DNA of 64,000 nt from an uncultured Chloroflexia bacterium (GCA_963810095.1 CAWEMM010000006.1:1696001-1760000); one strand, 5' to 3'. Shown: positions 10,978-21,490, numbered from the stretch's first letter. Program-made: numbers and translations. Notes: a model not told the origin generated them from the letters alone.

Positions 10978-12291
10978 CTAACCTCGATAACGTTCGCGCC
11001 GGGCCACGCCGGAGGGGATCGGATCGTGCGGCGTGTCCCACGCGGCCGGGGCCTGGGCAGATGCGGACCTACCGCACACGGCCCCGTACACACGGCTGAT
11101 TTCCTCAGCCATCGTGCCCCAGCGATAGTAAACCAGGGCGCGCTGCCTCAGCCGCCGGCCGCGTTCGACAACCGGCCCGGACCCTGCAGCGTCTGACAGG
11201 GCGTACTCCAGGCATTCCGCAAAGCCCTCCACGTCGCCGGGCGGTGCGTACAGCCCGTCGCCGGCCAGGTACTCGCGCGCGACCGGCGTATCGAAGCTGA
11301 CGACCGGGAGTGCGACGGCCATGTAGTTAAGCAGCTTCCCCGCCCCTTCGGTCAGGCTGAGCTTGGGCGAGACGGCCACGTCGCCGAGTGCCAACATCTG
11401 CGGCGCCTGGTCGTAGGGGACGCGGCCTGTAAATGTCACATGTCCGGCCACGCCGAGCGCCTCGGCCTGCTCCCGGTAGCGCTCGACATTGGGGAAACCC
11501 ATCAGGAGCAGGTGTACGTCTTCCCGATGGGCCACCAGGCGCGCCATCGCCTCGAGCAGCACGCCCGTCCCCTGGTATTCGGCCAGCAGGCCCAGATAGA
11601 CGATCAGCTTGCGGCCGGCCGGGATGCCGAGTTTCTCGCGCAGGTCCGCGAGCTCGCCGGGCGGGTAACACGCGGCGGGCTGGAACTTGTCGCTGTTGAC
11701 CGCGTCGGGCAGCACCCGCACGCGGCCTTCGGCGCAGCCGAATTGCTCCAGCAGTAACCGGCGTGCGTTCGCCGTGCTGGTGAGGATGACCGGTGCGGAG
11801 TGATCGACCCACGTTTCGATCCGGAGTAGAGGTTGGTAGAGCTTGCCTTCCTTCGCCAGAAACCCGTGGTCGACCATTTCGGCGGTCATCGAACCCTGAA
11901 AATCGAAGACGGTGGGCACGCGAAAGAGGCGCCCTAGCACCAGCCCCATGAGCGCGCCTTCGTGCAGATGACCGTGTATGACGTCGAAATGACCCCCGGC
12001 CAGAAGCGTGAGGATACGTGCGCCCAACAGCGCGTCAAACGCGATCTTGTGGCGGCTCGAGCCGACCTCGAAGTTGTCGCGGCCGGGCACCGCCAGGGAG
12101 CGTCGGATGTCGAGCCCGGCGACCGGGCCGCCGTTGTGGTACGTGGCAATGGTGACGGAATGTCCGAGCGCTTGAAGCGCCTGGGCTTCTTCGAGAATGC
12201 GAACGTGGCAGCCGTAGTCTGCGAAGAAACTGGTCGGCGCAACCATCAAGACACGGAATGCGCTCGCGTTGCCTGGCTTTTTACTGCTCAT
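10978..12291 (-). CDS. Family 4 glycosyltransferase
   Basis: APTSFFADYGCHVRI, EGAGKLLNYMA; TATAAT 7 nt upstream of ATG 12291. Confidence 0.9.
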   Translation of the reverse strand: MSSKKPGNASAFRVLMVAPTSFFADYGCHVRILEEAQALQALGHSVTIATYHNGGPVAGLDIRRSLAVPGRDNFEVGSSRHKIAFDALLGARILTLLAGGHFDVIHGHLHEGALMGLVLGRLFRVPTVFDFQGSMTAEMVDHGFLAKEGKLYQPLLRIETWVDHSAPVILTSTANARRLLLEQFGCAEGRVRVLPDAVNSDKFQPAACYPPGELADLREKLGIPAGRKLIVYLGLLAEYQGTGVLLEAMARLVAHREDVHLLLMGFPNVERYREQAEALGVAGHVTFTGRVPYDQAPQMLALGDVAVSPKLSLTEGAGKLLNYMAVALPVVSFDTPVAREYLAGDGLYAPPGDVEGFAECLEYALSDAAGSGPVVERGRRLRQRALVYYRWGTMAEEISRVYGAVCGRSASAQAPAAWDTPHDPIPSGVARRERYRG

Positions 12292-12417
12292 CGTTACGAT
12301 TATACCCGCGCTGCGGCCTCCGGCCAAACCTCTCCGGTCGAGCGATGGCATCGGGCCGCGGGCCGAGGTGTGCGACAGGCGATTGGGCGCGTGCTGCAGA
12401 GGTGGGGCGAGCAGTAG

Positions 12418-12999
12418 TTATTGCAGATCGACGAGCAAGTCGCCCAACTTTAGAACCTCGTCTGCTGCGACCTTCCACATGAGGGGCCGGCTCGCATCGT
12501 CGGCGAGGACGGTGGACTTGGTCATCCGGTTGCCCACCAGGAGCACGTAATCCCCGGGAGTCACGTCGTTAAAGACGAAGCGCCCCTGCTGATCCGTGAG
12601 CGTCGAGGGATCGAAGGCGTCGTCGATGGCATAGACGCATTCCTCCCGTTTGTTCTCCTCGGCCACGCCCGGAGGGCAAACGATAGAGGGGAGGCTCAAG
12701 TTCTGGTTGGCCATGGGCTGGCCCGTCTTGTAATCGATCAGGCGGCCCGCAACCCCGCCCTTGCCCGCGCCGGGTGTCGGCGCCGCGACCTCAACCGCGG
12801 CCGGGGGAGTCGCGAGCGGGCTCTCCGCCGAGAGCGAGGTGGCCTCCGGTTGGACCGAGGGGGCAGGTTTGACCGGCAGCGGGCTCACGGGGACCGTTGC
12901 CGGCACGACGGGCACGCGCGTCCCGCTACAGGCCGCGAGCGCCAGAATCAGAATGCCGAGCACTGCGGCAGATGTAATTCGATGCAAGGACATATCCAC
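12418..12999 (-). CDS. Lipoprotein with carboxypeptidase-regulatory-like beta domain
   Basis: Lipobox LAAC, Pro-rich linker with SPL repeats, TDQQGRFVFNDVTPGDY. Confidence 0.75.
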   Translation of the reverse strand: MDMSLHRITSAAVLGILILALAACSGTRVPVVPATVPVSPLPVKPAPSVQPEATSLSAESPLATPPAAVEVAAPTPGAGKGGVAGRLIDYKTGQPMANQNLSLPSIVCPPGVAEENKREECVYAIDDAFDPSTLTDQQGRFVFNDVTPGDYVLLVGNRMTKSTVLADDASRPLMWKVAADEVLKLGDLLVDLQ

Positions 13000-13188
13000 T
13001 TCCTGAGTTTCTAGGCCTCGAGCGCCCTCACAAGCTGCTTGAAAGGCTCGCTAAACGCATAATACCACCATCGGGGTATTGCCTTTACGCCCCGGCGATG
13101 TTACATTGCAACGGCAAATAGATCAAATAAGGCATGTTACGTTGATCTTAAGCAACAAAAACATCAGTTGTTCTCTTGAAAGGAGAAA

Positions 13189-14628
13189 ATGATGCGACGA
13201 CATCAGATGGTGGTCTTGCTGGCAGTGATGATGCTCCTGGCATCGGTCGGCCTGGTTTCTGCGCAGACCGGTTACGAAGTCCCCTTCGCCACGTCGATCA
13301 CCTACCAGAACGTGAGCTCCTCGCAGGCCCACGTGATCTTCAGCTTCTATAACCAGAAGACGGCAACTTCGATCAACGTCGAGCGCGACCTGCCCGCGAA
13401 TGCCGGTTCGTCGCTGTCGGTTGCCGGCCTGACCGGCGCCGAGGCTCTGCCCGCGAACTTCCTCGGTTCTGCGGTCCTCAGCTCTGACTTCCCGGTGGTT
13501 GCCACGCTCGTGCAGATTCCGCAGCCGAGCACCGGTGCGGTGAAGAACCGCCCGCTGTCGAACGGTTTCGCCCAGGGCGCGCCGCAGGTGTTGCTGGCGA
13601 CCGTGTTGAAGAATCAGTTCAACACGAGCAGCCGCTTCTCCATCCAGAACGCCTCGGACGGCAACGTCGACATCACCCTCAAGTTCTACCGGGTGGGTGA
13701 GACGGCCGCCGCAGCGACGCTGACGGAAACGGCCATCCCGGCGGGCGCGGCCAAGTATTACGATGCCGGCACGCAGGCCGAGCTGGGCGCCTCCTTCAAC
13801 GGTTCGGCCGTCGTCACCGCGGTGGCCTCGGGCACCGCCAACCCGGCGAATATCGTGGGCACCGTGCTGGAACTTGAGACCACCAATGTTGGCGTTCGCG
13901 CCTTCGAAGGTGTCCCGAGCACTGCGGCCGCCAATACGGTCTTCATGGCGACCGCCCTCTGCAACTCCTTTGGCAGCACGTCGTTCTACGCTGTACAGAA
14001 CACCAGCAGCTCTGGCGACGCAGCCGTCACCGTCACGTATTCCAACGGCGGGACCCAGAGCGACACCATCCCTGCCGGCGGCAAGAAGAGCTTCGACACT
14101 TGCGCGGCCACGGGCGTTGCGGCCGGCTTCTCCGGCGCTGCCAAGATCACGAGCACGGGCGCCCCGATCGTCGTTATCGGCAAGGTCGGCGGCGCGGGTC
14201 GCTATACCGCATTCCTGGGCGAGACCAGCGGTGCGGCCAAGCTCGCCCTCCCGTACGTGCGCTGGAGCAACACCAAGTATGACACGGGCCAGTACCAGCG
14301 TGCCTTCATCGCCATTCAGAACACCGGCGGTTCCGACGCTGCCAATGTCAAGGTGCACTACCTGAACAAGCTCGGCACCGAGGTGGGCGTGCACACGATC
14401 GCCAACATCGCGGCGGGCGCCAAGGCCAACTCGAACGCAACCAATGCCGGTAGCTCGATCGAACTGACCGAGTTCGGCAATCCGGAAGCGAACCCGGGCG
14501 GCGGCTTCGGCGGCTCCGTGATCATCGAGGGCCCTGCGGGCAGCCAGCTGATCGCGATCGTCCGCATCTCCTCGAACACGGGCGGTGGCACCGTTTCTGA
14601 GGACTACAACGCGACGGCGATCCAGTAA
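13189..14628 (+). CDS. Secreted four-repeat beta-sandwich protein, S-layer-like
   Basis: RBS GAAAGGAG, signal peptide ending VSA|Q, A/G/S/T-rich, four repeats with QN at residues 40, 153, 270 and 377, strongly biased codons, own terminators. Confidence 0.75.
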   Translation: MMRRHQMVVLLAVMMLLASVGLVSAQTGYEVPFATSITYQNVSSSQAHVIFSFYNQKTATSINVERDLPANAGSSLSVAGLTGAEALPANFLGSAVLSSDFPVVATLVQIPQPSTGAVKNRPLSNGFAQGAPQVLLATVLKNQFNTSSRFSIQNASDGNVDITLKFYRVGETAAAATLTETAIPAGAAKYYDAGTQAELGASFNGSAVVTAVASGTANPANIVGTVLELETTNVGVRAFEGVPSTAAANTVFMATALCNSFGSTSFYAVQNTSSSGDAAVTVTYSNGGTQSDTIPAGGKKSFDTCAATGVAAGFSGAAKITSTGAPIVVIGKVGGAGRYTAFLGETSGAAKLALPYVRWSNTKYDTGQYQRAFIAIQNTGGSDAANVKVHYLNKLGTEVGVHTIANIAAGAKANSNATNAGSSIELTEFGNPEANPGGGFGGSVIIEGPAGSQLIAIVRISSNTGGGTVSEDYNATAIQ

Positions 14629-14655
14629 GTTCACGGGTCGTAGGAAGCCTTGTGT

Positions 14656-14730
14656 TGCCGGCCCGGGGATTCCCTGGGCCGGCACTGAAGAGACCTCACG
14701 CAGCAAGCGCTGTGCGAGGTCTCTCATTTT
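14656..14730 (+). terminator. Tandem hairpins / intrinsic terminator after the S-layer-like gene
   Basis: TGCCGGCCCGGG..CCCTGGGCCGGCA, then AGAGACCTCACGCAGC..GCTGTGCGAGGTCTCT followed by CATTTT. Confidence 0.75.
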
Positions 14731-14745
14731 GCCGAGCAGGGATGG

Positions 14746-15474
14746 TTGTTAGAAGTGCGGACGAATAGCTTGACCCGGGCCGTCTGGAGCGCGCGATTGC
14801 GCGTGACCGATCCTCAGGCGTACAGCATCATCCAGGCGGTGCGAGCGGCGAGGCTGACCTATCTGAGTGTGCAGGCGCTGGATGACCTGCGGAACGCGGC
14901 CCGACGAGCGGACGAGCAGCGGGTGGCGGGTGCGATCATCGAGGCGGGTGTGGCGCTGGGCGGATCGGCCATCGTCCTGGCGAAGTTTAAGGCCGATGCG
15001 CGTCCACTCTACCTCTACGACGTTTTCGGGATGATTCCTCCCCCGTCAGCGGATGACGGACCTGATGCGCATGCCCGCTACGCCGATATCGCAAGCGGTC
15101 GCTCATCCGGCATCGGGGATGACCGGTACTATGGCTATGAAGATGGGCTGCTCGAAAAGGTGCAACAGAACCTGGTGCAGTTTGGCGTGGATCGGGAACG
15201 GTCGCACGTGGACGTGTTTCCGGGGCTGTTCGAGAATACACTGATGATTGACGAGCCCGTGGCACTGGCCCATATCGACTGTGACTGGTATCAGTCGGTG
15301 ATGGTGTGCCTCGAACGCATCGTGCCACGGCTTGCCATGGGCGGGGTTGTGGTGATCGACGATTACCGGGATTGGTCGGGCTGCAAACGCGCCGTTGACG
15401 AATACTTCGCCGCGCGGCGCGCGGAGTTCAAGTTTACAATGCGAGCGCGGCTGCACATCGAGCGGCAGGGTTGA
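14746..15474 (+). CDS. TylF/MycF-family sugar O-methyltransferase
   Basis: IIEAGVALGGS, LYDVFG, AHIDCDWYQS, GGVVVIDDY. Confidence 0.88.
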   Translation: MLEVRTNSLTRAVWSARLRVTDPQAYSIIQAVRAARLTYLSVQALDDLRNAARRADEQRVAGAIIEAGVALGGSAIVLAKFKADARPLYLYDVFGMIPPPSADDGPDAHARYADIASGRSSGIGDDRYYGYEDGLLEKVQQNLVQFGVDRERSHVDVFPGLFENTLMIDEPVALAHIDCDWYQSVMVCLERIVPRLAMGGVVVIDDYRDWSGCKRAVDEYFAARRAEFKFTMRARLHIERQG

Positions 15475-15506
15475 CAGCCCGGGCGCAACCTTGCGCTGCC
15501 CCTCGG

Positions 15507-16772
15507 TCACTCGCCGGCACGCCTGAAGGGTGTGGGGCGAGACTTGCCCAGTGCCAACCAATACCCAACCAGCAGAACGAACTCTGTCAGCACGTAAATC
15601 CACGCCACGCCCCGGATGCCCCACACGCTGACAATCGCCAGGTTCGCGAAGATGCTGATCGCTGCCGCAACGGCTTGCGCGGAGAGCCGCCGGCCCTGTT
15701 GTCCCGTGCCGACGACCGCGGCTGCGAGGGCGAAGGTCACACAACGCAGACCCAGGACGAGCGACAGAATCACGAGGATCGGCCCGGCCGCGGCGTACTC
15801 TATCCCGTACAGGCGCCGAATGATCCAGTCGGCCGATACGGCAATGCCCGCGGCCAGGACTAGCCCCAGTGCAGTATTCAACGCCAGGAAGAGGCGCAGT
15901 GTCTTTCCAAAGGCCGCGCCCTCGACATGCGCCCGTGTGAAGACGGGCACCATCACGTAGTAGGCCGCAGCCGGAACGAGGAAGAGCGTCGTGACGATCG
16001 TCGAGGCCGGTCCATAGATGCCCGCCTGTCTGCCCCCCAGAAATTGCGCGACGATTGTGACGTCGACCCGCTCGTAGATGACCGCGAGGAAGAGCGAGGC
16101 GGCGAAGGGCGCGGCCTCGCGCAAGATGGGCACCATGGCGGACGCGTCGAAGCCAATGCCGATGTCGCGCCGCAAGATGAAGATGGCAAAGAGGCAGCCG
16201 CATATGGCCACGATCAGCCGTGCGAAGAGGAACGGCACCAACTGCTGTGTCCCGAGCTGAATCAGCCCGATGGTCACCACGACCAGCGCAAACTGCACTG
16301 AAGTGATGATCTTGAAGGTGACATCGTTTTGCAGGGTGCTCTTGAAGGCGCTCCAAACCGTGTTGGTCAGGTCGTCGGCCCAGACGAAGAGCGCCGTGAT
16401 GAGCAACACGGTGGGCGGAAAGACGGCAGGGTTGAGCGCGCGAGAGACGAGCATGAGACCCAGGAACCAGAAGCAGCCGAGCAGCAGCTTCCAGGCCAAG
16501 GCCGTGCCGCTCTGCACCGCAACCGCACGGCCGCTGGCCGCTCCGCCGCCGCGCCACAACAGCCACCCGTCGAAGCCCCAGGAAAAGGCCACCGAGCTAA
16601 GCCGAGCCAGCGAGAAGCACGCCAGATATTGCCCGTAACCCTCGGGCCCCACCTGCCGCGCCAGGAGGATCAGCGCGACTGCAGTCATGACACGCGCCAA
16701 ACCCGTGCCGGAGACAAGCGCGGCAAAGCTCCTGAGGATCTGCTTACTGTTGGGCAGGCGGCTGCCGGTCAT
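15507..16772 (-). CDS. Wzx-type oligosaccharide flippase
   Basis: LARQVGPEGYGQY, IYERVDVTIV..AGIY; about 12 TM segments. Confidence 0.88.
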   Translation of the reverse strand: MTGSRLPNSKQILRSFAALVSGTGLARVMTAVALILLARQVGPEGYGQYLACFSLARLSSVAFSWGFDGWLLWRGGGAASGRAVAVQSGTALAWKLLLGCFWFLGLMLVSRALNPAVFPPTVLLITALFVWADDLTNTVWSAFKSTLQNDVTFKIITSVQFALVVVTIGLIQLGTQQLVPFLFARLIVAICGCLFAIFILRRDIGIGFDASAMVPILREAAPFAASLFLAVIYERVDVTIVAQFLGGRQAGIYGPASTIVTTLFLVPAAAYYVMVPVFTRAHVEGAAFGKTLRLFLALNTALGLVLAAGIAVSADWIIRRLYGIEYAAAGPILVILSLVLGLRCVTFALAAAVVGTGQQGRRLSAQAVAAAISIFANLAIVSVWGIRGVAWIYVLTEFVLLVGYWLALGKSRPTPFRRAGE

Positions 16773-16773
16773 A

Positions 16774-18093
16774 TCAATCCAGCGATCCGCGCGCCCGGGC
16801 GAGAGTGGCGTAGTCTGCCGCAATGAGCGCAGCGGCCGCGGCGGCTTCCTGCTGCAATGCGGGGAGTCTCTGCTGAATCAGCGCTCTGACTTCCAGGCGC
16901 TGCTGCCAAAGCAGCTCCAGTCGCGCCGTCAGGAGCGATTCGTCTACGTCGACGATGTCGAGCACCCAGTCGCCAAGGCCGAGCATGCCCAGCACGCCGT
17001 GGGTTTTGTACTGGTAGGCGATCGCCAGGACGGGCGTTCCCGCCGTCAGCGCGAAGATGTTGGAGTGCAGGCGGGCGCCCAGGAAGAGGTCCATTTGCCC
17101 ATAGGCGGCCAGGAGCCGGCCCGGCGACCAGGTTTCATCGACCAGGACCACCTGCGATGGCTTCGCCTGCGTGCGGCCGGCGACACGTCTTGCGGGTATC
17201 CGGTCGTCGTCCACAACGCTCGGCCCTGTCACCTGCGGGAAGATGAAGACAGTGCCGCCGTGCCGGGCCAGGAAATCGGACAGCGCAGCGCTGACCGCTC
17301 GCTCGTATTCCGCCTGCCGGGCGAAGCGCCGGTTCTTGATCCCCCAGTCGATCACCGTCACGCCCAAGTAAGGGCGGGGCCTTGACTCGACGGCCGGATG
17401 GCCGAGCAGCGCAGTGAATGGGTTGAGCTCGCCCGCGCCATGAAAGAGGAAGGCGCTGTCTGGGAATACGTGGCAGCGCTCGGCCGCAACCCCGAGTTGC
17501 TTGACGGGCTCGAGCGAGCGAGTGTCACGGAGCGCGACGAAGCGCATTTGCCTGAGCAGGCGCTTGAGGAGCCAACGTTCTCGGCGCCGTGTCAGCGGAC
17601 CGATGGTCTGGGGCATCATGTAGAGCGGCTTGCCCAGCAGCCGGCCGTAGGCCAGGGCAAGCACATGCAGGAGGAACGCGGCGCCGAGCCCCGAGCCGCT
17701 GTAGAAGAAATTGCCCGGACAGCTGACGATCACGTCTGACCGGCAGTACGCGAGCAAAAGATCGCGTCGCGGGCCTTTTCTGGGCGCGGGCCAGCAGCGT
17801 GGGAAGGTGCGGGCGGTCCAGGCAACCAGGCAGCTTTGCACCAGCCACCAGGGCAGGGCAGGCAACCGTCGCCAATCCCACCTTTCTCGCCCGCCCTCTT
17901 CGGTTCTGAACCAACTCATGAACGAGCCGACGAACGAAGCGTCGTCGCGGTCGTCCAGCTCCTGCAGGCTGTCGATGGCGACCGTGATCTCGCTGTCCGG
18001 GAAGTTGGCGACCAGCTGTTCCAGTGTTACCTCGAGCAGCACGCGGTCGCCGGCATTTAGCATGGAGTGTGCGTTAGTGACGAGGATTCTCAA
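16774..18093 (-). CDS. Polysaccharide pyruvyltransferase (WcaK-like)
   Basis: NAGD, PQTIGP, LRDTRS, PDSAF, GARLHSNIFA, IAYQYKT. Confidence 0.9.
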   Translation of the reverse strand: MRILVTNAHSMLNAGDRVLLEVTLEQLVANFPDSEITVAIDSLQELDDRDDASFVGSFMSWFRTEEGGRERWDWRRLPALPWWLVQSCLVAWTARTFPRCWPAPRKGPRRDLLLAYCRSDVIVSCPGNFFYSGSGLGAAFLLHVLALAYGRLLGKPLYMMPQTIGPLTRRRERWLLKRLLRQMRFVALRDTRSLEPVKQLGVAAERCHVFPDSAFLFHGAGELNPFTALLGHPAVESRPRPYLGVTVIDWGIKNRRFARQAEYERAVSAALSDFLARHGGTVFIFPQVTGPSVVDDDRIPARRVAGRTQAKPSQVVLVDETWSPGRLLAAYGQMDLFLGARLHSNIFALTAGTPVLAIAYQYKTHGVLGMLGLGDWVLDIVDVDESLLTARLELLWQQRLEVRALIQQRLPALQQEAAAAAALIAADYATLARARGSLD

Positions 18094-19289
18094 CTCGTCG
18101 CCCCTGTAGGCCGGCCTGCCATTAGCTCGCAGTACAGATCGGCATAGCGGGCCGCCACCGCGTCGATCGAGAAGCGGGCCCTGGCGTGTTCGAGCGCGCG
18201 GCGGGCCATCTCTGCCGCCTGAGGTTTTCGTGCGGCGCTCATCACGATCGCGCCTGCCAGTGCGGCCGGCTCTTCCGGCGGCGCCAGCAGGCCCGAAACC
18301 TGATCCTCGATCAACTCGACGTTACCCGAAACCCGGGTGGCGATCACCGGAACTTGTGCGGCGATGGCTTCGAGAACGACCGTCGGCAGCCCTTCCCAAC
18401 GCGACGGCGCGACGAAAAGGTCGAAGGTCTTGAGCACCTCGATCGCGTCGGCGCGCGGCCCGGCGAACGTGACCCGGCCGGCAATGCCGAGCGCACGCGC
18501 CTGTTCCCGCAGGTCCTCCTCGAGCGCGCCGGTTCCGACAAGCACGAAATGCGCCTGGGGGCAGTGTAAGAGCACGTCGGGGACCGCAGTCAGCAGCACG
18601 TCGTACCCTTTTTGCCGCACCAGCCGCCCAACGCTGCCCACGACGAAGGCGCCGGACGGAATGCCGAGATCGTGACGCTTGGCTTCCCGGTCGACAGCGA
18701 CTGCCGCAACCCGGCCGAAGTTGAGCGCGTTGGGGATGTACGCGGCATGCTTCCCCATCCGTTTTGCCAGCGGCCGGCGGTCCAGGTTGTCTGCCGCACG
18801 CTGCGAGACTGCGAGATCTGCCCTGAAGAACCAGGGGTAGACCAGGTTTGGGAATAGCTTGCCCCACCCGGGGCGCTTACTCCACTCGATCTCGTTGTGC
18901 ACCGTGCGGACCAGGCAGGTCGCGCCAAGGCGGCGCTGCAAGCCGACTGCTGCCAGGTCGCTAAACTCGCCGTGGCTGTGGATGATGTCCACGCCTCGCG
19001 GCAGCTCGCCCCACAACCGGCGAAAGGATGTCACGCAACTCCGGTAGGCCCGGTGCTCGTTCCAGTCCGAGCCGAGTAGGGTGGGAATACCCGCGGCGCA
19101 TAACTGCGCCGCGCGCGGCCGGTCATATGGGGTGTTGTAATCCCAGAGCGCGGCCACCAACGGCTGGACCCGGCTGCGATCGATGGCCTGGACAAGTTCG
19201 GTCACGAAGCGCGCGACGCCGCCCGACGTCGCCTCGATCGCAAGACCGGACACGAGCTCGAGCACCAGCACGGGCCGGTTTTCGCTCAT
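18090..19289 (-). CDS. Family 4 glycosyltransferase
   Basis: VGRLVRQKG, PSRWEGLPTVVLEA. Confidence 0.9.
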   Translation of the reverse strand: MSENRPVLVLELVSGLAIEATSGGVARFVTELVQAIDRSRVQPLVAALWDYNTPYDRPRAAQLCAAGIPTLLGSDWNEHRAYRSCVTSFRRLWGELPRGVDIIHSHGEFSDLAAVGLQRRLGATCLVRTVHNEIEWSKRPGWGKLFPNLVYPWFFRADLAVSQRAADNLDRRPLAKRMGKHAAYIPNALNFGRVAAVAVDREAKRHDLGIPSGAFVVGSVGRLVRQKGYDVLLTAVPDVLLHCPQAHFVLVGTGALEEDLREQARALGIAGRVTFAGPRADAIEVLKTFDLFVAPSRWEGLPTVVLEAIAAQVPVIATRVSGNVELIEDQVSGLLAPPEEPAALAGAIVMSAARKPQAAEMARRALEHARARFSIDAVAARYADLYCELMAGRPTGATS

Positions 19290-20422
19290 GAGCTGATTCC
19301 CGTTCGGGTTTGCGCGCCGTCCCCCGTGATGCACGCGACCAATTCTGCCCAGCCCGAATCCTGGCCGCCGCGTTCAGGCCGGATGGGGCGCGGGTCCTGC
19401 ATGATACAGGAAGCCACTGCCCTCGCCAACTCGGACCGTGGGACGACATGGATCAATTCGCGTTCCGCGTCGGTGCGTAGCGGAACGCCGGCGGTGGTAA
19501 CCACAGGCAGGCCGAACCCGACCGCCATTTGGACGACGCCGCTGCCCGTCATCGAGTGGTAGGGCGCCACCAGCAAGTTTGCGGCGCCGAAATAGAGTGG
19601 CACGCTTTCGTTGGGAATGTAGCGGTCGTCAATCTGCACCAGGTCCCGTACTCCCAGGTGCTCGATTTCCTCCAGGTAGGCCGTTTTGTCATCCCAGAAC
19701 TCGCCTGCGATCAGCAGGCGCACGGTGCCCAAGCGCGCCCGGATATCGGGTAGTGCCGCCAGGATGTCGGACAATCCCTTATACGGGCGCACCATGCCGA
19801 AGAAGAGCAGCACCGGCACGTCGTGCGGGAGGCCCAACGCGGCCCGTGCTTGTTCACGATTTGGCGGGCCGCCGGCAAACATGTCATAGACGGGGTGCGG
19901 GACGACGTCGACCGGCTGGCGCGGAAGCAAAGCGGCTAGGCGCAGTTTTTCCGCGTCGGATTGGACGATGAGCCGCGTGCCGAGGCCGAGCACCCACCTG
20001 GTGGCCAGGCGATCGAAGCGAGAGGCTTCGTGCGGCAGGACGTTGTGGCACAGGATGACAAGCGGCCGGCGGAGGAAGATCCGGAGCAGCACCGCCAGCG
20101 TCAGCCAGGCCGGCGCCAGGAACGTAGTCCACCAGGAGATAACTACAACGTCGGGCCGGTGCGCACGAATCCACCGGAATGTGCCGAACCAGGTCAGCGG
20201 GTTGAGCGAGTCGATCGAATAGTGGGCGCCGGCTACCGTCAGGGGGCTTTGACTGGGATCACGATCGCTTTGCCCCGGATACAACCGGCGTGGGTAGAGG
20301 CGCTTGAACGAAACGAGCAGCACGTCGTGCCCGGCGTCGCGCAGCGCCGTCACCAGCAAGGTTGAATAGTGGGCAATGCCCCCGCGGAATGGGTAGACGG
20401 GACCGAGGAATGCAATTCTCAT
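19286..20422 (-). CDS. Family 4 glycosyltransferase
   Basis: GPVYPFRGGIAHY, FFGMVRPYKG. Confidence 0.9.
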   Translation of the reverse strand: MRIAFLGPVYPFRGGIAHYSTLLVTALRDAGHDVLLVSFKRLYPRRLYPGQSDRDPSQSPLTVAGAHYSIDSLNPLTWFGTFRWIRAHRPDVVVISWWTTFLAPAWLTLAVLLRIFLRRPLVILCHNVLPHEASRFDRLATRWVLGLGTRLIVQSDAEKLRLAALLPRQPVDVVPHPVYDMFAGGPPNREQARAALGLPHDVPVLLFFGMVRPYKGLSDILAALPDIRARLGTVRLLIAGEFWDDKTAYLEEIEHLGVRDLVQIDDRYIPNESVPLYFGAANLLVAPYHSMTGSGVVQMAVGFGLPVVTTAGVPLRTDAERELIHVVPRSELARAVASCIMQDPRPIRPERGGQDSGWAELVACITGDGAQTRTGISS

Positions 20423-20429
20423 GCCGGAA

Positions 20430-21383
20430 TCAGGATGGATTGCGCCGGCTCGCATCCATGAGCCGCGCCTGGTACAAGACCTCCTCGGTCATCTTGCGGT
20501 TCATACTGACCGCATCGGCGACGAGGCCGATCAACCCGACCTGGAACCCGATAATCGCCAGGATCGCGGCGAGGATCAGCGACTGAACGTGGCCGCCCCC
20601 CCGGCCCGCCGCGTAGAACGCCAGGAAGCGCACGCCGAGGATGGTCGCCGCCGCGAGCAGTACCGCGGCGCTGGTCATGAAGACCCGCAGCGGCCGGTAC
20701 ATCGTGTAGAAACGGACGATGGTGATGATCGAAAGCATGACGAAGGATGGGATGTTGCGAATGAGGCGCGAGTCACGCGTCTTTGGGTTGGTGGCGGTCG
20801 GGGTAAAGACCACCTTCATCCCGCGTTGGCCGGCTTGAATGAGGGTTTCCAGCGTGTATGTGTACTCGCTGAGCACCGTCAGGCGGAGCGCGGCTTCGCG
20901 GCTGAACGCCCGAAACCCACTGGTGGCATCGGGTATGGGCACGCCGGCTGCGTGCTGGACGACCCAACTGCCGAAGCGCTGGAGAAACCGCTTAAGGGGC
21001 GAGAACTCGCCGTGTGCAGCCACCCCGCGGTCGCCCACGACGATGTCCGCCTGGCCGGCCTGGATCGGCACGACGAGTTTGCCGATGTCCTGCCCCGCAT
21101 ACTGGTTGTCGCCGTCCGTATTGACGATGATATCTGCGCCGGCGCGTAAGGCCGACTCGATCCCGGTCTGGAACGCCGCGGCGAGGCCGCGATTCTGGCG
21201 GTGCCGCACGATGTGATGGACGCCCAGCTCCCGCGCTACTTCCACCGTGCGATCGCGGCTGCCGTCATCTACGATCAGGTATTCGATCAGGTCGATGCCG
21301 GGTAAGGCGCGGGGCAGGTCGGCAATAGTCGATGGAAGCGTCTGCTCTTCATTGTAGCAGGGGATCTGGATGATGAGCTTCAC
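20430..21383 (-). CDS. Family 2 glycosyltransferase (polyprenol-phosphate sugar synthase-like)
   Basis: [35 protein letters not shown]; two C-terminal TM segments. Confidence 0.92.
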   Translation of the reverse strand: MKLIIQIPCYNEEQTLPSTIADLPRALPGIDLIEYLIVDDGSRDRTVEVARELGVHHIVRHRQNRGLAAAFQTGIESALRAGADIIVNTDGDNQYAGQDIGKLVVPIQAGQADIVVGDRGVAAHGEFSPLKRFLQRFGSWVVQHAAGVPIPDATSGFRAFSREAALRLTVLSEYTYTLETLIQAGQRGMKVVFTPTATNPKTRDSRLIRNIPSFVMLSIITIVRFYTMYRPLRVFMTSAAVLLAAATILGVRFLAFYAAGRGGGHVQSLILAAILAIIGFQVGLIGLVADAVSMNRKMTEEVLYQARLMDASRRNPS

Positions 21384-21490
21384 GGCTTTGTCCTGGGCGG
21401 GCGCATGCGGCGATTCATGTACACTCGCATCGTATGCGCTGATCAAGGCGCGATTATAACACCGGCGGTCCGCCGAACCAAGCCGTGCGC

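Noticed and set aside
13189-14628. Seven N-X-S/T sequons as evidence of N-glycosylation
   Set aside because: About 7 of 31 Asn in a protein of roughly 20 percent Ser+Thr is close to chance.
13123-14727. 534-aa antisense ORF, and similar long ORFs at 23112, 28450, 34501, 59006 and 61955
   Set aside because: Shadow frames of strongly codon-biased, high-GC genes; no recognisable motifs or RBS.
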